A stretch of DNA of 64,000 bases from Vicugna vicugna (Eukaryota). The notes beneath the pieces are model-generated. The model was not told the origin of the DNA and ran no database searches. It worked only from the letters and a program-made list of their open reading frames with translations. Position 1 is the stretch's first letter. Each line of letters begins with the position of its first letter. The stretch is taken from the NCBI GenBank assembly GCA_013265495.1, contig MU058198.1, positions 2,368,419 through 2,432,418 of the forward strand. The letters are read 5' to 3'. Positions 39,601 to 50,248 of this stretch are shown here, piece after piece. Made by a program: the position numbers and the translations under genes.

Positions 39601-42600
39601 TTCACCCTCTTTTTTTTGCCCAAAGTTAGCATGTCACACACACTCATGGGAACCTTGCTTTTCTCACTTGACCGCCTCCTGCTGCCCTTTTCCCTCAGTG
39701 GTGTAGAGGCAGCTTCCTCTTTCTTTTCAGCAGCTGTGTAATGTTCCATTGCACGTGTACAACACACTTTATTTAACCTGTGCCCTATCAATGGACACTC
39801 AGATTGGTTTCTGTCTTTTGATATCTCAAAACTTGCTGCAGTGGCTAGACTTGTGCATATTTTTGTAGGTCACGAAAGGTAGAATGTTGGCAGTTCCGTA
39901 CAGCTCAGTCAAATGCATCGTTTGGCATGTGGTCAGGGCTGACAGCCATTCTTATTTCATGTTTCAGATGGTGAAGGGCAGGCTTGGTCAGGGGAGGGGA
40001 TTTTGACAGGCTGATGATTTCTTGCTGTTTCTCTAGTCTCCATGCACTTTGAGGGCTGGACCAAATATATCTCTTGTAGCCAGTGATGTGCTGGGAAATT
40101 CTTAACAACGGGTTCTTGTGGATGGGGAGGGAATGCATACACATATATGTATGTAAGTTTATTACCCATTTCCTGACCTAAGGAATGCAGAGAATAGTTT
40201 ACAAACAACAATAAAAATACTCTCTGTTGTGAATTCCATATACTCAGTTCATCCTCTTGGAATTCTTTCCCTAATTTTTGTGGAACTCCTGTCTAGAGCT
40301 CACCCCTGGTTATAACTGATAGAAGAGTGAAGTTGACACAAATACTGGTTGAGGCTTTGACTTTAGTGAGTTAAGACGCAAGTGAGATAAGCAAGACCTT
40401 TGTCAGAGACAGAACTTCATTTATTTGCCGCTCATGAGAGCAGCAGCTTTGCTGAATTAGATAATAGTTTTAAACACTGAAGAATGTTTCTCCAGGTTCC
40501 TGTGCTGGTCACAATGGCTATGGACACGACATACTTTTAAATCAATCTGCATTACTAATATTTTCGCCATCTCTTTTTTTCAGCTAAGACATTCAAAAAG
40601 ACAATCCATCAAACCTTGATCGGTAGCATTTTTCACTTTCTGTGGTGTATGTGGCCAGTGTCCGGGTACGGATGTGAACGTGGAGGGTGGGAGGAGACAT
40701 ACAGAAGCACCAGTAAAAGGCATTTCCACCATGCGGATTCCATAGACCAGTGGTTCTCAGCCAGTCATTTTGCCCCCTCCTTCTCTAGGGGACACTTGGC
40801 AATGTCTGGAGACACTTCTGGTTGTTACAACTCTGGGAGTGCAACTGGCATGTGGTGGCTAGAGGCCAAGGATTCTGCCAAACCTCCTACAACGCACAGG
40901 ACGCCCCGCAGGGTCATCTGCTCTACAGTGTCAGTAGCACCGAGGTCGAGAAGCCCTGTTAATGGATACAAATAACCTTAAGAGCATAGATAACAGTAAA
41001 ACACAGGAAAGTAATTTAGAAAGTGATGAGCTTTGGGTGTTTGTTACCTTTCATTTAATTAATTGTAAGTTTACATCATTTAATTTTTAGTAATGGCTGT
41101 GTTTTACAGCCTGCTTGCCAGATTCCTAAAAACGTGACAGTCAGTTTTCACAAGCCCATAGAGCTGGCTCCAGCATCCCCAACCGCATGCGGCCTGTTCC
41201 CCCAGCATCGGCCACAGAGCCTGGCACAGAGGGGACACGCAGAAGGGTCTGAGGCCTGAATAAAGGATTGCTGGGCCCAGGGTGAGTGGTGAAGGGCCAG
41301 GACTAGGGCAGGTCCCTTGCCTCTGAGACTCCCTGGTAACACTCCTTGTGATCTCAGGCCATTTACACCAGCCACACCCTAGCACCTTTGTACAGGGATT
41401 GAGAAGCTTTTTCAGTTTCCTCATCTGCAGGCATCCCAAAGGCTTTTCTCTCCAGGACGGACTTTGGCAGCAAGGAAAACCATGGCCACATGTCCTGAGA
41501 GGCCTCTGGCCCATCTCGCACTTTCCCCAAAGCCTGCCATTCTTTGGGCGTTTTTCTGCTATGTTGCGAAGACATTCATTCATCCAGCACACGCACTCTG
41601 GGCTCTGTTCTAGGTTCTTATTCACGATAGCAAACTTTTCAGGCAGGGAAAGACATAATACAGCTAATAATTAACAAATGAAAATATTTTCAACAGAAGG
41701 AAAAATAACTAACCATGTTTATTGAGCACTTCCTGTGCCAAGCATTGTTCTAAAGTGCTGGGTGGAAGACATGACAGGGAGTGAGATCGAGAGTGACTGG
41801 CTAGGCCTCTTGTTATTAGAACAGCTTCCGGCTGCAAGGGAGGCTGGGAAGTGTAGTTTTCAGCTGATCAGCCATGTGCCAGCAAAAATGGATGGCGGGG
41901 TGGGGAGAATGGATATGGGGGACAACTGGTAGTCCCGGCCACAATTCTTGAAGCGTGGAGGGTGGGAGACTGATGCGAGCGCTTTGGACTTGTCTCCGAG
42001 TGATACAGGAAGTCTTGGAGCCACTTTGAGAGAGTAATGTGGCCTGACTTGGGCTTTAAAAGCATCTCTCTGGGTGGATCTCAGGGAAGCAGAATGGAAG
42101 CAGGTGGGAATGTGTAGTGATGCAGCCGCCATGAGAAACAGCCTCTCAAAAGGCTAAACATAGGGCTACATATGATCCAGCAATTCCACTCCTAGATGTA
42201 TGTACCCAAGAGAATAAAAACATACATCCACAGAAAACCTTGTACACAGATGTTCACTGCAGTATTGTTCATGAAAGCCCAAAAGCGGAAGCAACCCAAA
42301 TGACATCCCCTGAGAGTGATGAACACATAAATAAAATGTGCATCTATTTTGTACATCCATGCAAGGAAGGGTTATTTGGCCACAGAAGGAATGAAACACT
42401 GATAGGTCCTATAACATGAATGAACCATGTGAAATGATGCTATGTGAAAAAAGCCGGTCACAATAGGCCACATGTTGTATGGTTACATTTACATGAAGTG
42501 TCCAGAATAGGGAAATCTCTAGAAACAGAAGATAGATTAATGGTTGCCTAAGGCTGGATGGGATGGAGCGATTGGGAGATAATAGTTAACAGTGTTTTGG

Positions 42601-45600
42601 TTACTTTTTGGCTTGATGAGAATATTCTGAAATCGGTTGTGGTGGTGGTTGCACAATCTGTGAACATATAAAAACTGGAACTGTATACTTTAAATGGGCG
42701 AATGGTATGGGATGTGAATTATATCTCAATAGAGCTGTTAGAACTTTTAAAGAGACTGGGAGCAGGGAGCCCCGTTGGAGGTGAGAGATGATGTGGCCTC
42801 TGGAGGAATCAGCAGGTAGAGGAGACTGAGCAGGAGTGAGCTAAGCTTCCTTTTCTCCCTGCCTGATGGGAAGCCTGGAGGAGCTCTGTAAGCCCTGCTC
42901 TCTCAAGGTGTGCAGTTCTACAGCAGCCCTAGCCCTGAGCTCTCAGAAGAATTCAAGAAACTGGGGAAAGGTTGATAGTGAGGTTCTGGCAGCCCCTCCC
43001 GTGTAAGCCTCATTTCCTTTTCTTTCCCCCTTTTTGGTTTGTATTCACAGGAGACGGAAGAGAATAAAACCAAAGGATTTGATTACTTACTAAAAGCAGC
43101 TGAAGCTGGGGACAGACAGTCCATGATCCTGGTGGCACGAGCTTTTGACACCGGCCAGAACCTCAGTCCAGAGAGGTACTGTGGCTGTCGCTCAGGTGGA
43201 GCTGGGCGGAACCTGGGCTGCGGGCGGGAGCTGACCCTCCACTGTCAGTACAAACCTGGGTCCCAGGTGTGGCTCCCCTGGGGATTAGTCCAGTGACCAG
43301 AGGCAGGTAGTTTTACCTCCCTGGCCTCAGTTTCTTCCCTGTGTAAAATGGGAATAATTATAGAACCTGCATCCTAGGGTAGTTGTGTGAGAGTTGAATG
43401 AGATGATGCATGTGATCCTCACTGTGTCAGGCTCATAAAGCCTGAGATAAATGGCATCTTAGTCATTTTATGTAAAGATTTGCCTGAGAAAGAGTCTGAA
43501 AGGATATGCAGCATCAGGTCCAGGGTGGTTTCCCTACAGGTAAGGGTTCGGGGTGATTTTAATTGACTCTCTCTAGTTTGTTTGTTTGTTTGTTTGTTTG
43601 TTCATTTGTTGGGGAGGGTAGGTAATTAAGTCTACCCATTTATTATTTTTTTATTTAATGGAGGTACTGGGGATCGAACCTGTGACCTTGTGCATGCTAA
43701 GCATGTGCTCTGAGCTATACCCACCCCAACTCTTCCTACTTTATACTTTCACTATTTTCCATTTCCCTCCTCTGTAGGTCAAGGTTTCATGTCCCTCTCA
43801 CTGGGTTTAGAAGGAAAGTCAGGACCATGGCTCTGTCATAGCAAACTCTCAGGGTCTCAAACGCGTAGATACATGGCATCCTGCCTGTATTCTGTATCGT
43901 GCAAACATTTATCAGATACCTGCTGTGTAACAACAATGCTCCCTTCAATTTGGATGACACTTTCATATCTGTGATTTTATTTCAGTGAGAACAAGAATCA
44001 CGTCTCCTGAATCTCCTTAGTCCCAGTGCTCTCCACAGGGCCTGGCTCAGTAATTGTTTGAATGAATGAACCAACATGTGTCTTTGATACAAACAGGGCA
44101 GGTATTTTGGGGCTCATTTTAGGGACGAGTAAACTGTAGTTCTGAGAAGTGAAGGGGCTTGTCCATATTCAAGTAGCCAGTAAGTGGCAGAGCCAAAACT
44201 TAAGACTTTTCACTTCTCCTCCAGTGGACTCAGAACTACACTGGCAAAAAATTTTAAAAATTAAAAAAAAGAAGGATGAGTATAGAAAACAAAAAAGAAC
44301 TATACTGTCAGGGGGGCAGGGTATAGGGCATGCACGAGGTCCTGGGTTCACTCCCCCATACCTCCATTTAAATAACTAACTAAATAAATAAGCCTAATTA
44401 CCTCCCCTATTCTCCTCCCCCACAAAAAAAGAACCTTCCTGGCATGGAGATAAACAAAACAGATATAATATGACCTGTGTCCCATCAATTGCCAACATAT
44501 ATGGTGCCCATGGAGTGCAGTGGGGAAGCACTATGTAGGTAGGGGGAGTTGTAGCAGGGCACCGAATCTGAGACCCTGTAAAAAAATCTTTGCTATATGT
44601 GTTTTCTCTCTCTTCAAGTCCTGTGACTTTTTATTTGAGATGATAGGTGTTGGTTGTTATTGATTTGTAAGAACTTTTAATATATTGAGGCTATTAACTC
44701 TTAGGCATATGAGTTGGCTTTAAAACATCATTTTTCAGAGATGGCTACCATGGATCTGGGGGGGCCAGGCAATGGCACATGTGCCACACAATGACCATGT
44801 TTATTGGGTTTAGGGATGTATGGTTTTTAATATTTGTGTAGTTAAATCTACCAAGATTTTCTTCTATAGCTTCTGCTGTAGTCATTTTCTTATTCTTCTT
44901 CCTCATTCCAAGCAGCTCCAGCCCTTTCCATTCAGGGAGCGTTAATTGAAGGTCAGCTATGGGTAAGGCCTAGATTTGCATTTAAGGGGTTTTGACCCCC
45001 TTGTAAGTTACCATCTGATAGGAGAAGGAAGTCATTGGAAATTCCAAGGCAGGGTAGACATACTAAGCACTGGCTGTAGGTTTGGGTGGGGGTAGGTGGG
45101 GAGAAAGTTGGCCCTTTTACCTTCTTTTCCATTTAATGTTTTGGGGGCAATTCTGCCTTGCCCTTCAAGACTCGGGCAAGCCAGAGCTGAAAAGGGTGAG
45201 ATCGTCTAGTTTAGTGGCTTCCTGTCCACTGTTAATACCCTAGTTTGTTGGATGTGTCACCAATAATCTTCAAATGACTTCCTGTTTTATAAAATAAAAT
45301 GGAGTCAAGGTTATCTTCTGGCACCACCCCAACCAGCCACTTCTTTACATTTATTCATTCATCAGACATTTAGAGAGGCCATGCTATCTGCCAGGCCCTG
45401 GGAATGTGGCAGTGAATAAAACAAACAAGGTCCCTGCCTTCTTGGGGCTTATGTTCATGTCAGGGAAACCATAATAAACAGATGAAGAAGTAAACAGGAG
45501 AATTTCAGGTTGAGGTATTGTAAGAAGTAGGGTGTTTGGGGACAGCATCTCTGAAGAGGTGACATACGAGCTGAGGTTGGAGGGTCTGAGGAACCAGGTA

Positions 45601-48136
45601 TGGGAAGAGTTGGGGGAAGAATGTTCCAAGCAAAGGGAGCAGCAGGTACAAAAGCCAAGGAGCAGACAGGTGCTGGCATATTTGGGGATGAAAAAGTAAC
45701 CCAGCGAGTCTGGCTTTGGGGCAGGTTAACGGGGACTACGACTCAGCGGTGAAGCCAGGTCATTAGAGCTGTTGCTCCCGGAACATTTCATGAGAACCAG
45801 AGACCTTATCTGTGTCTCTCTTTGCTCTTTCCTGATGTACTATAAATAGTTACTCACATGCTTAGTAATATGCAATTAGTACACCGCAAGGAAAAGAACC
45901 CACTGCCCTGTTTGCTCTGTATTTTGTGTTGTTCAGACTTGGGTGAAACTTGTGTAATGCCCTTGATGGTTTTGGCCATTTGTGTGCTGCAGTAGGAGCC
46001 AGTGTGGGGGGTAGACGGGCAGAGCGGGAAGAGGGAAGTCAGCTGTTCTGGAGTGAGCCTGCATTGTGCTCAGGAGAGCCAGCATGGGCAGAGCATAAGA
46101 TGGAGCTGAATGACTGCTGTGAGAAGATGCTGGTGGCCTTGGCATAGGGTCCCCCACGTACCTCTTCTCCTACACGAATCATGGGGCAAATTGTCTGGGA
46201 CGCCAGCCACTGCTAATGCTAGCCCATAGGGTGACTTTGTGCCAACTAGAAAAATGTCCCCCCTTCCTCTAGATGCTCTACTTCCATCCATTGGAAAATT
46301 GTTGCAATATTGTACCAGTTTTGTTAGGAAAAGCTACTTGACTGTTGTCATTATAAATATGTAAGTCTACAATGTGAATGACACCATTGGGTACTATGGG
46401 CCATGAATCATAGGTGGTGGCCCCACTGGGATGCCTGACTTTCCCTGATGGGCCTCCTCCCTCCTGCCCCATTGCCATCGTAACCTCCCTCTTTTTCTCT
46501 GTATCTTCTGGCAAGGTCCCGAAACTGGCCAGAGGCTCTGCACTGGTACAACACTGCCCTGGAGATGACAGACTGTGATGAGGGCGGTGAGTATGATGGG
46601 ATGCAAGACGAGCCCCGGTACACGCTGCTGGCCAGGGAGGCCGAGATGCTGTTCACAGGCGGCTTCGGGCTGGAGAAGGACCCGCAGAGATCAGGTAGGT
46701 CCTGCATACCTGCCCTTGGGGTGGAACCAGGCTGGCTGCACAATGAGGGACATAATTCCTGTCTCACTGGGAATTATGGCAAGACGCAAGACTGAGTCTC
46801 TTCTTTCACTGCTGGTTGGGAGAAAGATTCATACTGTCCCTATATTTTGCCAGGCCGGATACCCATGTGGTGCTGGCTTAGAAGGGGGCTTTATGGGGCT
46901 GGTATGCAGATGAATATTTTTATTTTAATGCTCATATATTAGGTATTTGGGAGGTTTTTTTGCAATTAAAAAATTGAGCTGACATTTATGTAACATAATA
47001 TTCACCATTTTAAAACATACAGTTCAGTGAGTTTTAGTACATTCACAATGTTATGCAGCCATCATCACTATCTAATTCCAGAATATTTCCATCACACTGA
47101 AAAGAAATCTGGTGCCTATTAGCAACAACTTCCTATTTCCCCCTCCTCTATCCCTGGCAACCACCAAGCCACTAACCTCCTTTCCATCTTTCTGGATTTA
47201 CCTATTCTGGACATTTCACATAAATGGGATCATACAATATATGACCTTTTGCGTCTGGCTTCTTTCACTTAACATAATATTTTCAAGGTTCATCCATGTT
47301 GTAGCGTGTATCAGTATTTCTTTCCTTTTTATTGCCAAATAACATTCCATTGTATAGCTACCACATTTTTATCCATTCATCAGGTGATGCACATGTTCAT
47401 ATATATAGATATATTGATATAGATTTATTTACTTATTTTTATAACATGATAAACATTCTGAACTCCTGATTTCACAGGTATAGGATAAGACTGAGTTCAA
47501 AAGTATTTTTTAAGGTTGCATAACAAAATTAAGCAAATAATACTGCAAAATTTAAAATTTCTAAATCCAAAAAGCTCTGAAAAGCAAGTGTTTTTGTATG
47601 TTTTGCACAGATTCAATTGGTGGCAAAACCTGTCCAGAACTGACATGAGGTTGTTTGTGATCTTAATTATACTTGCTTTCTTCCACTTTCCTAAATCCAG
47701 AATTAGTCCTATAGAAGTCCTCAGCCTGATTCTCACTGACTCAGTTAGGAATTACCCCTAAACCCGTCACTGTGTTTATTGAGATGGCTTCCTCTGATTG
47801 GCTGTGCTTCAGTCCAGACCAGTCCCTGAAGCCTGGTGGGGAATGGGGAAGTGCTTTGATTGGCCAGGCTTGAATCACATGCCCGCCCAGAGCCCCGCCC
47901 AGGGCATGTGGGAGGAGAGGAGGTAAGGGTAACCTGGGTGCCATTTGCAGGCAGGGGCTGGGGACACGGGGCTGGTGAAAACAACAGGTGCTTCACCTGT
48001 TTGTTCCCCACTTTGCTTTCTTTCAGGCGACTTGTACACCCAGGCAGCCGAGGCAGCGATGGAAGCCATGAAGGGCCGGCTGGCCAACCAGTACTACGAG
48101 AAGGCAGAAGAGGCCTGGGCCCAGATGGAGGAATAA
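7626..48136 (+). CDS. EEF2K: Eukaryotic elongation factor 2 kinase (alpha-kinase), complete spliced CDS of 17 coding exons, 725 aa
   Basis: Exon lengths 246+101+61+38+172+150+133+128+202+68+78+63+135+189+125+179+110 = 2178 nt, in frame, with all introns GT-AG. Runs from [12 protein letters not shown] to [11 protein letters not shown]. Contains the CaM-binding FKEAWKHAI, alpha-kinase motifs, the DSGYPS degron and C-terminal SEL1-like repeats. Confidence 0.99.
12511..12659 (-). mobile_element. tRNA-Ala-derived SINE (camelid vic-1-like)
   Basis: Reverse complement of agctcaaatggtagagtgcatgcttagcatgcac...gggttcaatccccagtacctcc followed by an AT-rich tail. Confidence 0.85.
13670..14160 (-). mobile_element. 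L1MB-like 3' fragment. Similar fragments at 23780-24060 and 46965-47395.
   Basis: ttgaaatataattcacatacc...ctatggatttgcctcttccagacatttcac. Confidence 0.8.
14821..14919 (-). mobile_element. vic-1-like SINE
   Basis: ctggggcttgaacccaggacctcgtgcatgcaagcatgtgctctaccactgagctatac, TSD gtgc(t/c)agt. Confidence 0.85.
15369..15489 (+). mobile_element. Short 5'-truncated L1 3' end with TSD
   Basis: aatgaaaaagaatatg...gctgtacaccagaaactgacacattgtaactgactatacttcaattaaaaaa, TSD aa(c/t)agtgacataaa at 15355-15368 / 15490-15503. Confidence 0.8.
16966..17119 (+). mobile_element. vic-1-like SINE with 15-bp TSD
   Basis: TSD aaaaaagtcagttgc at 16951-16965 / 17120-17134. Confidence 0.85.
18661..18693. repeat. (TG)16 microsatellite in EEF2K intron 2
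   Basis: Perfect TG run. Confidence 0.95.
20212..20312 (+). CDS. EEF2K: EEF2K exon 3 (calmodulin-binding motif W85, P98, W99)
   Basis: ttttgcag|[44 protein letters not shown]|gtcagc. Confidence 0.98.
21275..21770. mobile_element. Old MaLR LTR (MLT1J/K-like). Similar remnants at about 430-700, 1950-2240, 9270-9510, 20530-20760, 25800-26310 and 27840-28210.
   Basis: tgcaagtgaaagaaacccaattcacagtggcttaagc...gattggacagg...ctccccaaggaaaattggggtgctgtt. Confidence 0.6.
23577..23637 (+). CDS. EEF2K: EEF2K exon 4
   Basis: ctgcag|[27 protein letters not shown]|gtgagc. Confidence 0.97.
24973..25010 (+). CDS. EEF2K: EEF2K exon 5 (38 nt, Gly-rich [11 protein letters not shown])
   Basis: tctttcag|CCC TTT GGC CGA GGA GCA ATG...AC|gtaagt. 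Confidence 0.97.
25398..25569 (+). CDS. EEF2K: EEF2K exon 6 (catalytic Lys in YVAKRY)
   Basis: ccccag|[30 protein letters not shown]...HKPPKQ, CAG|gtgtgt. Confidence 0.98.
28228..28580. mobile_element. MaLR LTR (MLT1A/B-like)
   Basis: tgtcttggtccattcgggctgccataacaaaa...gttctggaggctggcaagtccaagatcaagg...ggatttcaacatgag. Confidence 0.8.
28776..28925 (+). CDS. EEF2K: EEF2K exon 7
   Basis: cgcag|[11 protein letters not shown]...[17 protein letters not shown]...RLTPQ|gtgagg. Confidence 0.98.
29149..29281 (+). CDS. EEF2K: EEF2K exon 8 (catalytic DIQG and TDPQI motifs)
   Basis: cacag|[45 protein letters not shown]|gtaggc. Confidence 0.98.
29532..29659 (+). CDS. EEF2K: EEF2K exon 9 (zinc-binding CxxxC)
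   Basis: ctgcag|[44 protein letters not shown]|gtgggt. Confidence 0.98.
30365..30566 (+). CDS. EEF2K: EEF2K exon 10 (regulatory loop: T348, S359, S366, S392, S396, S398)
   Basis: ctccag|[25 protein letters not shown]...SQKLDAL C|gtgagt. Confidence 0.97.
30660..31030 (+). mobile_element. Old L1 ORF2 remnant
   Basis: ggcccagatggttttacaggtgagttct...aaaattctaagtaaagtattaacaaat. Confidence 0.7.
31279..31705. mobile_element. MER58-like hAT element interrupted by a SINE
   Basis: aaaggccagagagtaaatattttagactttgtgggccat...ggctgtgttcccagtaaaact. Confidence 0.75.
31517..31639 (+). mobile_element. vic-1-like SINE with 14-bp TSD
   Basis: ggggagggtatatagctcaagtggtagag...gggttcaatccccagtacctcc, TSD aaaaatgtaaaaag at 31503-31516 / 31640-31653. 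Confidence 0.9.
32137..32204 (+). CDS. EEF2K: EEF2K exon 11
   Basis: gcccag|[27 protein letters not shown]|gtgagt. Confidence 0.96.
32543..32836. repeat. Two-copy 147-bp tandem duplication in EEF2K intron 11
   Basis: Units 32543-32689 and 32690-32836. Shared motifs recur at exactly 147-bp offset. Confidence 0.9.
33205..33330 (+). mobile_element. Short 5'-truncated L1 3' end
   Basis: Same family text as 15369-15489, flanked by degenerate TSD aagagtcttcttg / aaaagtcttcctg. Confidence 0.75.
34939..35016 (+). CDS. EEF2K: EEF2K exon 12 (beta-TrCP phosphodegron DSGYPS at 34957-34974)
   Basis: ccacag|[26 protein letters not shown]|gtaagg. Confidence 0.97.
35864..35926 (+). CDS. EEF2K: EEF2K exon 13
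   Basis: cctcag|[21 protein letters not shown]|gtaaag. Confidence 0.96.
37250..37384 (+). CDS. EEF2K: EEF2K exon 14 (S500 in PRPS)
   Basis: ctacag|[45 protein letters not shown]|gtacag. Confidence 0.97.
37506..37694 (+). CDS. EEF2K: EEF2K exon 15 (SEL1-like repeat region)
   Basis: tggcag|[14 protein letters not shown]...[10 protein letters not shown]|gtgagg. Confidence 0.97.
38620..38737 (+). mobile_element. vic-1-like SINE
   Basis: gagagggtgtagct...ggtcctgggttcaatccccagt...aacctaactacctcccc. Confidence 0.8.
38850..38990 (-). mobile_element. vic-1-like SINE
   Basis: gggtaattaggtttattt...ggtactggggattgaaccc...ctctaccactgagctataccctc. Confidence 0.85.
39112..39503. mobile_element. MaLR LTR (MLT1C/D-like)
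   Basis: TG...CA termini with 5-bp TSD CAGAG. Typical MLT1 text aaaacaacagaaatttattctcgcacagttccagaggctagaagtcc. Confidence 0.85.
40080..41185. mobile_element. MER63-like hAT-Blackjack DNA transposon containing a nested MER20
   Basis: Starts ccagtgatgtgctgggaaattcttaacaacggg and ends gagctggctccagcatc, matching recalled MER63 termini. Confidence 0.65.
40748..40958. mobile_element. MER20 (hAT-Charlie MITE)
   Basis: cagtggttctca...ggggacacttggcaatgtctggagacacttctggttg...gaggtcgagaagccctg. Confidence 0.85.
42125..42740 (+). mobile_element. L1MB-like 3' end
   Basis: catatgatccagcaattccactcctag...atgtgaattatatctcaatagagctg. Confidence 0.85.
43051..43175 (+). CDS. EEF2K: EEF2K exon 16
   Basis: tcacag|[43 protein letters not shown]|gtactg. 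Confidence 0.97.
43577..43727 (-). mobile_element. vic-1-like SINE with (GTTT)n tail
   Basis: gaggtactggggatcgaacc...gcatgctaagcatgtgctctgagctatacc. Confidence 0.85.
44311..44423 (+). mobile_element. vic-1-like SINE (internally deleted)
   Basis: gggtatag...gcatgcacgaggtcctgggttca...cctaattacctcccc. Confidence 0.8.
46516..46694 (+). CDS. EEF2K: EEF2K exon 17
   Basis: Long pyrimidine tract then ggcaag|[28 protein letters not shown]...KDPQRS G|gtaggt. Confidence 0.95.
48027..48136 (+). CDS. EEF2K: EEF2K exon 18, coding part ending in TAA
   Basis: tttcag|[40 protein letters not shown]. Confidence 0.98.
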
Positions 48137-48447
48137 CTTGCGGGGAAAATCACTGCCAGCCAGTCAAAAGCAAAAGGGCTAGGAGGGGGAGAAAAAAAAA
48201 AGAAAAAGACTTCTTTACTTATTTACAGTTTGGAAGGGGGGAGGAGTAGGGAGGGCAGGAGGGAGCAGATGTTTTTAGTGTGTTGTAAATCAACTTTTGT
48301 ATTTTATTTTTTGACTTTTGAAAATGTCTTTGTTACTATCAGAGACACTGCAGCTGTCCACTAGGGCAGCATTTTGGGGGAGTGGGGATTGAAAAAATAG
48401 CCTAATGTACCAGCATACCTTTTTGAGATTCTTCTGTTGGTTTTTTG

Positions 48448-48468
48448 GTGTGTGTGTGTGTGTGTGTG
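48448..48468. repeat. (GT)10 microsatellite in the EEF2K 3' UTR
   Basis: GT run within a U-rich tract. Confidence 0.9.
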
Positions 48469-50051
48469 TTTTTGTTGTTGTGGGTTTTGTTTTTTGTTTT
48501 TTCCCAGTCATGAGATGTAAGAAAATACATCTTTTCTGCCCTGGATGAAAAATACTAAGGTTTTGCTTACCAGCCTTCTTAGGCTGGGCTGAAATCTCAG
48601 GTCCAGAGAGCCTGTGTTTCCTGAGTCGGATGGGGAACAGTAGAGCTGCACGTTACCTTTCCATGGGGTGCGTATTGTCCTGACTTAGTGCAGAGCCTTA
48701 CTCAGAGCATTTGGAAGTGTGTGTGGCATTGTTCGGTGGATGTGAGATTATGTAATACCCAGGCTCCCTTCTGCCATGGGGGAGAGCCCGCACACTGACT
48801 GTTCACTGATTTTTTTAGTTTAATTTCCCTCCCGAAATGCAACTGACTTGTGGAATAAGCCAAAATCCATTCTTAAGCATGGTTTCCACAGTGGGCTTTA
48901 CGAAACAGGTTTGATTGTTTCATGCACACTTTTACTACCTCTAAGTCCTCCATCAGCTAGTGCGGCAGTGGGTGCACCTCAAAGATTTTACGTGTAAGGG
49001 CAGTGGCTTGGAAAGTTGGAGCCTTTTCTCCAAGTGGGCATGCATTGTGCATCTCAGAGGCAGCATCCACAGTGTGACTGAAGTACCCCCTGTACAATGT
49101 TCCTCCATATTTTCTTAGCATCTGATGTTCTGACGCAGAATCCGCTCCCTGGCCCCCATCCTTGGCATTTTCTGCTTGAAGCTCAGCTGATTTTCTTGTA
49201 ATCTGCAGCAGGATGCTTTCAGCAGCAGCCCCTTGAGATTTGTCTAAGCCGTTTGAGAACGAGAGGGCAAGAACTATAAACACTCATTAACTCTTCCAGT
49301 GGTTTCCCCAGGGCCAAGCTATGGCCATCTGTGTTCAATGAGCATTCCCTTTAAAAGGAATTCAGATTTACTGTCAGTTACGATTTCAGTTGGTGTTTCC
49401 AATAGCAAAGAAAACAGACTGCTTTGATCAACCCCAGTGCTCAAGCAGCCTTTCTTTCTTAGTCTAAAAATCAAAACATAAAAATAAATAAATAAAAATC
49501 GGAACATAAAAAAAGCATAATGTAACATACAAATTGTTCTTATCTGTTAATTAAAACAGGTCCTTCAGCACCTTAGTGTTAAGTGCTGTGGAGTCATGAT
49601 CCTGTGTACTCATTAGGTTCCAAAGTTCAGAGTGTGCCCTAAAGGAAGAATCAAGCAGAATCAAAATCACCCTTGAAAAATCCTTTAGAGCACCTGTAAA
49701 CGACAGTGTCCTTGTTTGTTTTTGGACTCATCACAACCAGTTTCCTTAGAAGTGGGAACTGATCGCCCTTTTTCCATTTGCTCCAGATCAAGTAATTGGC
49801 TTGCCTTAAGTTTTTTGTGTGTTTTAAACCAGTGCATATAGTTAGTTTGCATTTGTTAAATGTCAGTTAGAAGCAACTTTATTGTGACTTATCTCTTCAA
49901 AGGTATCAAGCCTCATAGAATTCATGCTTTTATTGTAGCTGTTGTCAACGCAGTCTGCCTTCTCTCTCTCTGAGATTTTATTATGCAAATAATTTATGTT
50001 CCCTGACCACCTGTCTCATTTCTTAGTTATACGCCAATGCTTTCCTCTAAT

Positions 50052-50248
50052 ACAGAGATCAGCAACTCTTTTGTAAGTCCTGTAGGCTCTGCAGGCCACA
50101 TGATCTCTGTTGCAGCTACTCAGCCTCGCTGTTATAGTGCAGAAACACTCATGAACAATACCTAAACGAATGAGTGCAGCTGGTGTTCCAATAAAACTTT
50201 ATTGACAAAAACAGCCTGCCTTGGGGTATAGTTAGCTGACCGCTGCTT
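50052..50248. mobile_element. MER58A-like element within the EEF2K 3' UTR
   Basis: cagagatcagcaact...tctctgttgcagctactcagc...tgttccaataaaactttatt. Confidence 0.75.

Noticed and set aside
43048..43053. NAGNAG (CAGGAG) tandem acceptor at exon 16
   Set aside because: A distal GAG is rarely used, it would remove only one Glu, and there is no supporting evidence.
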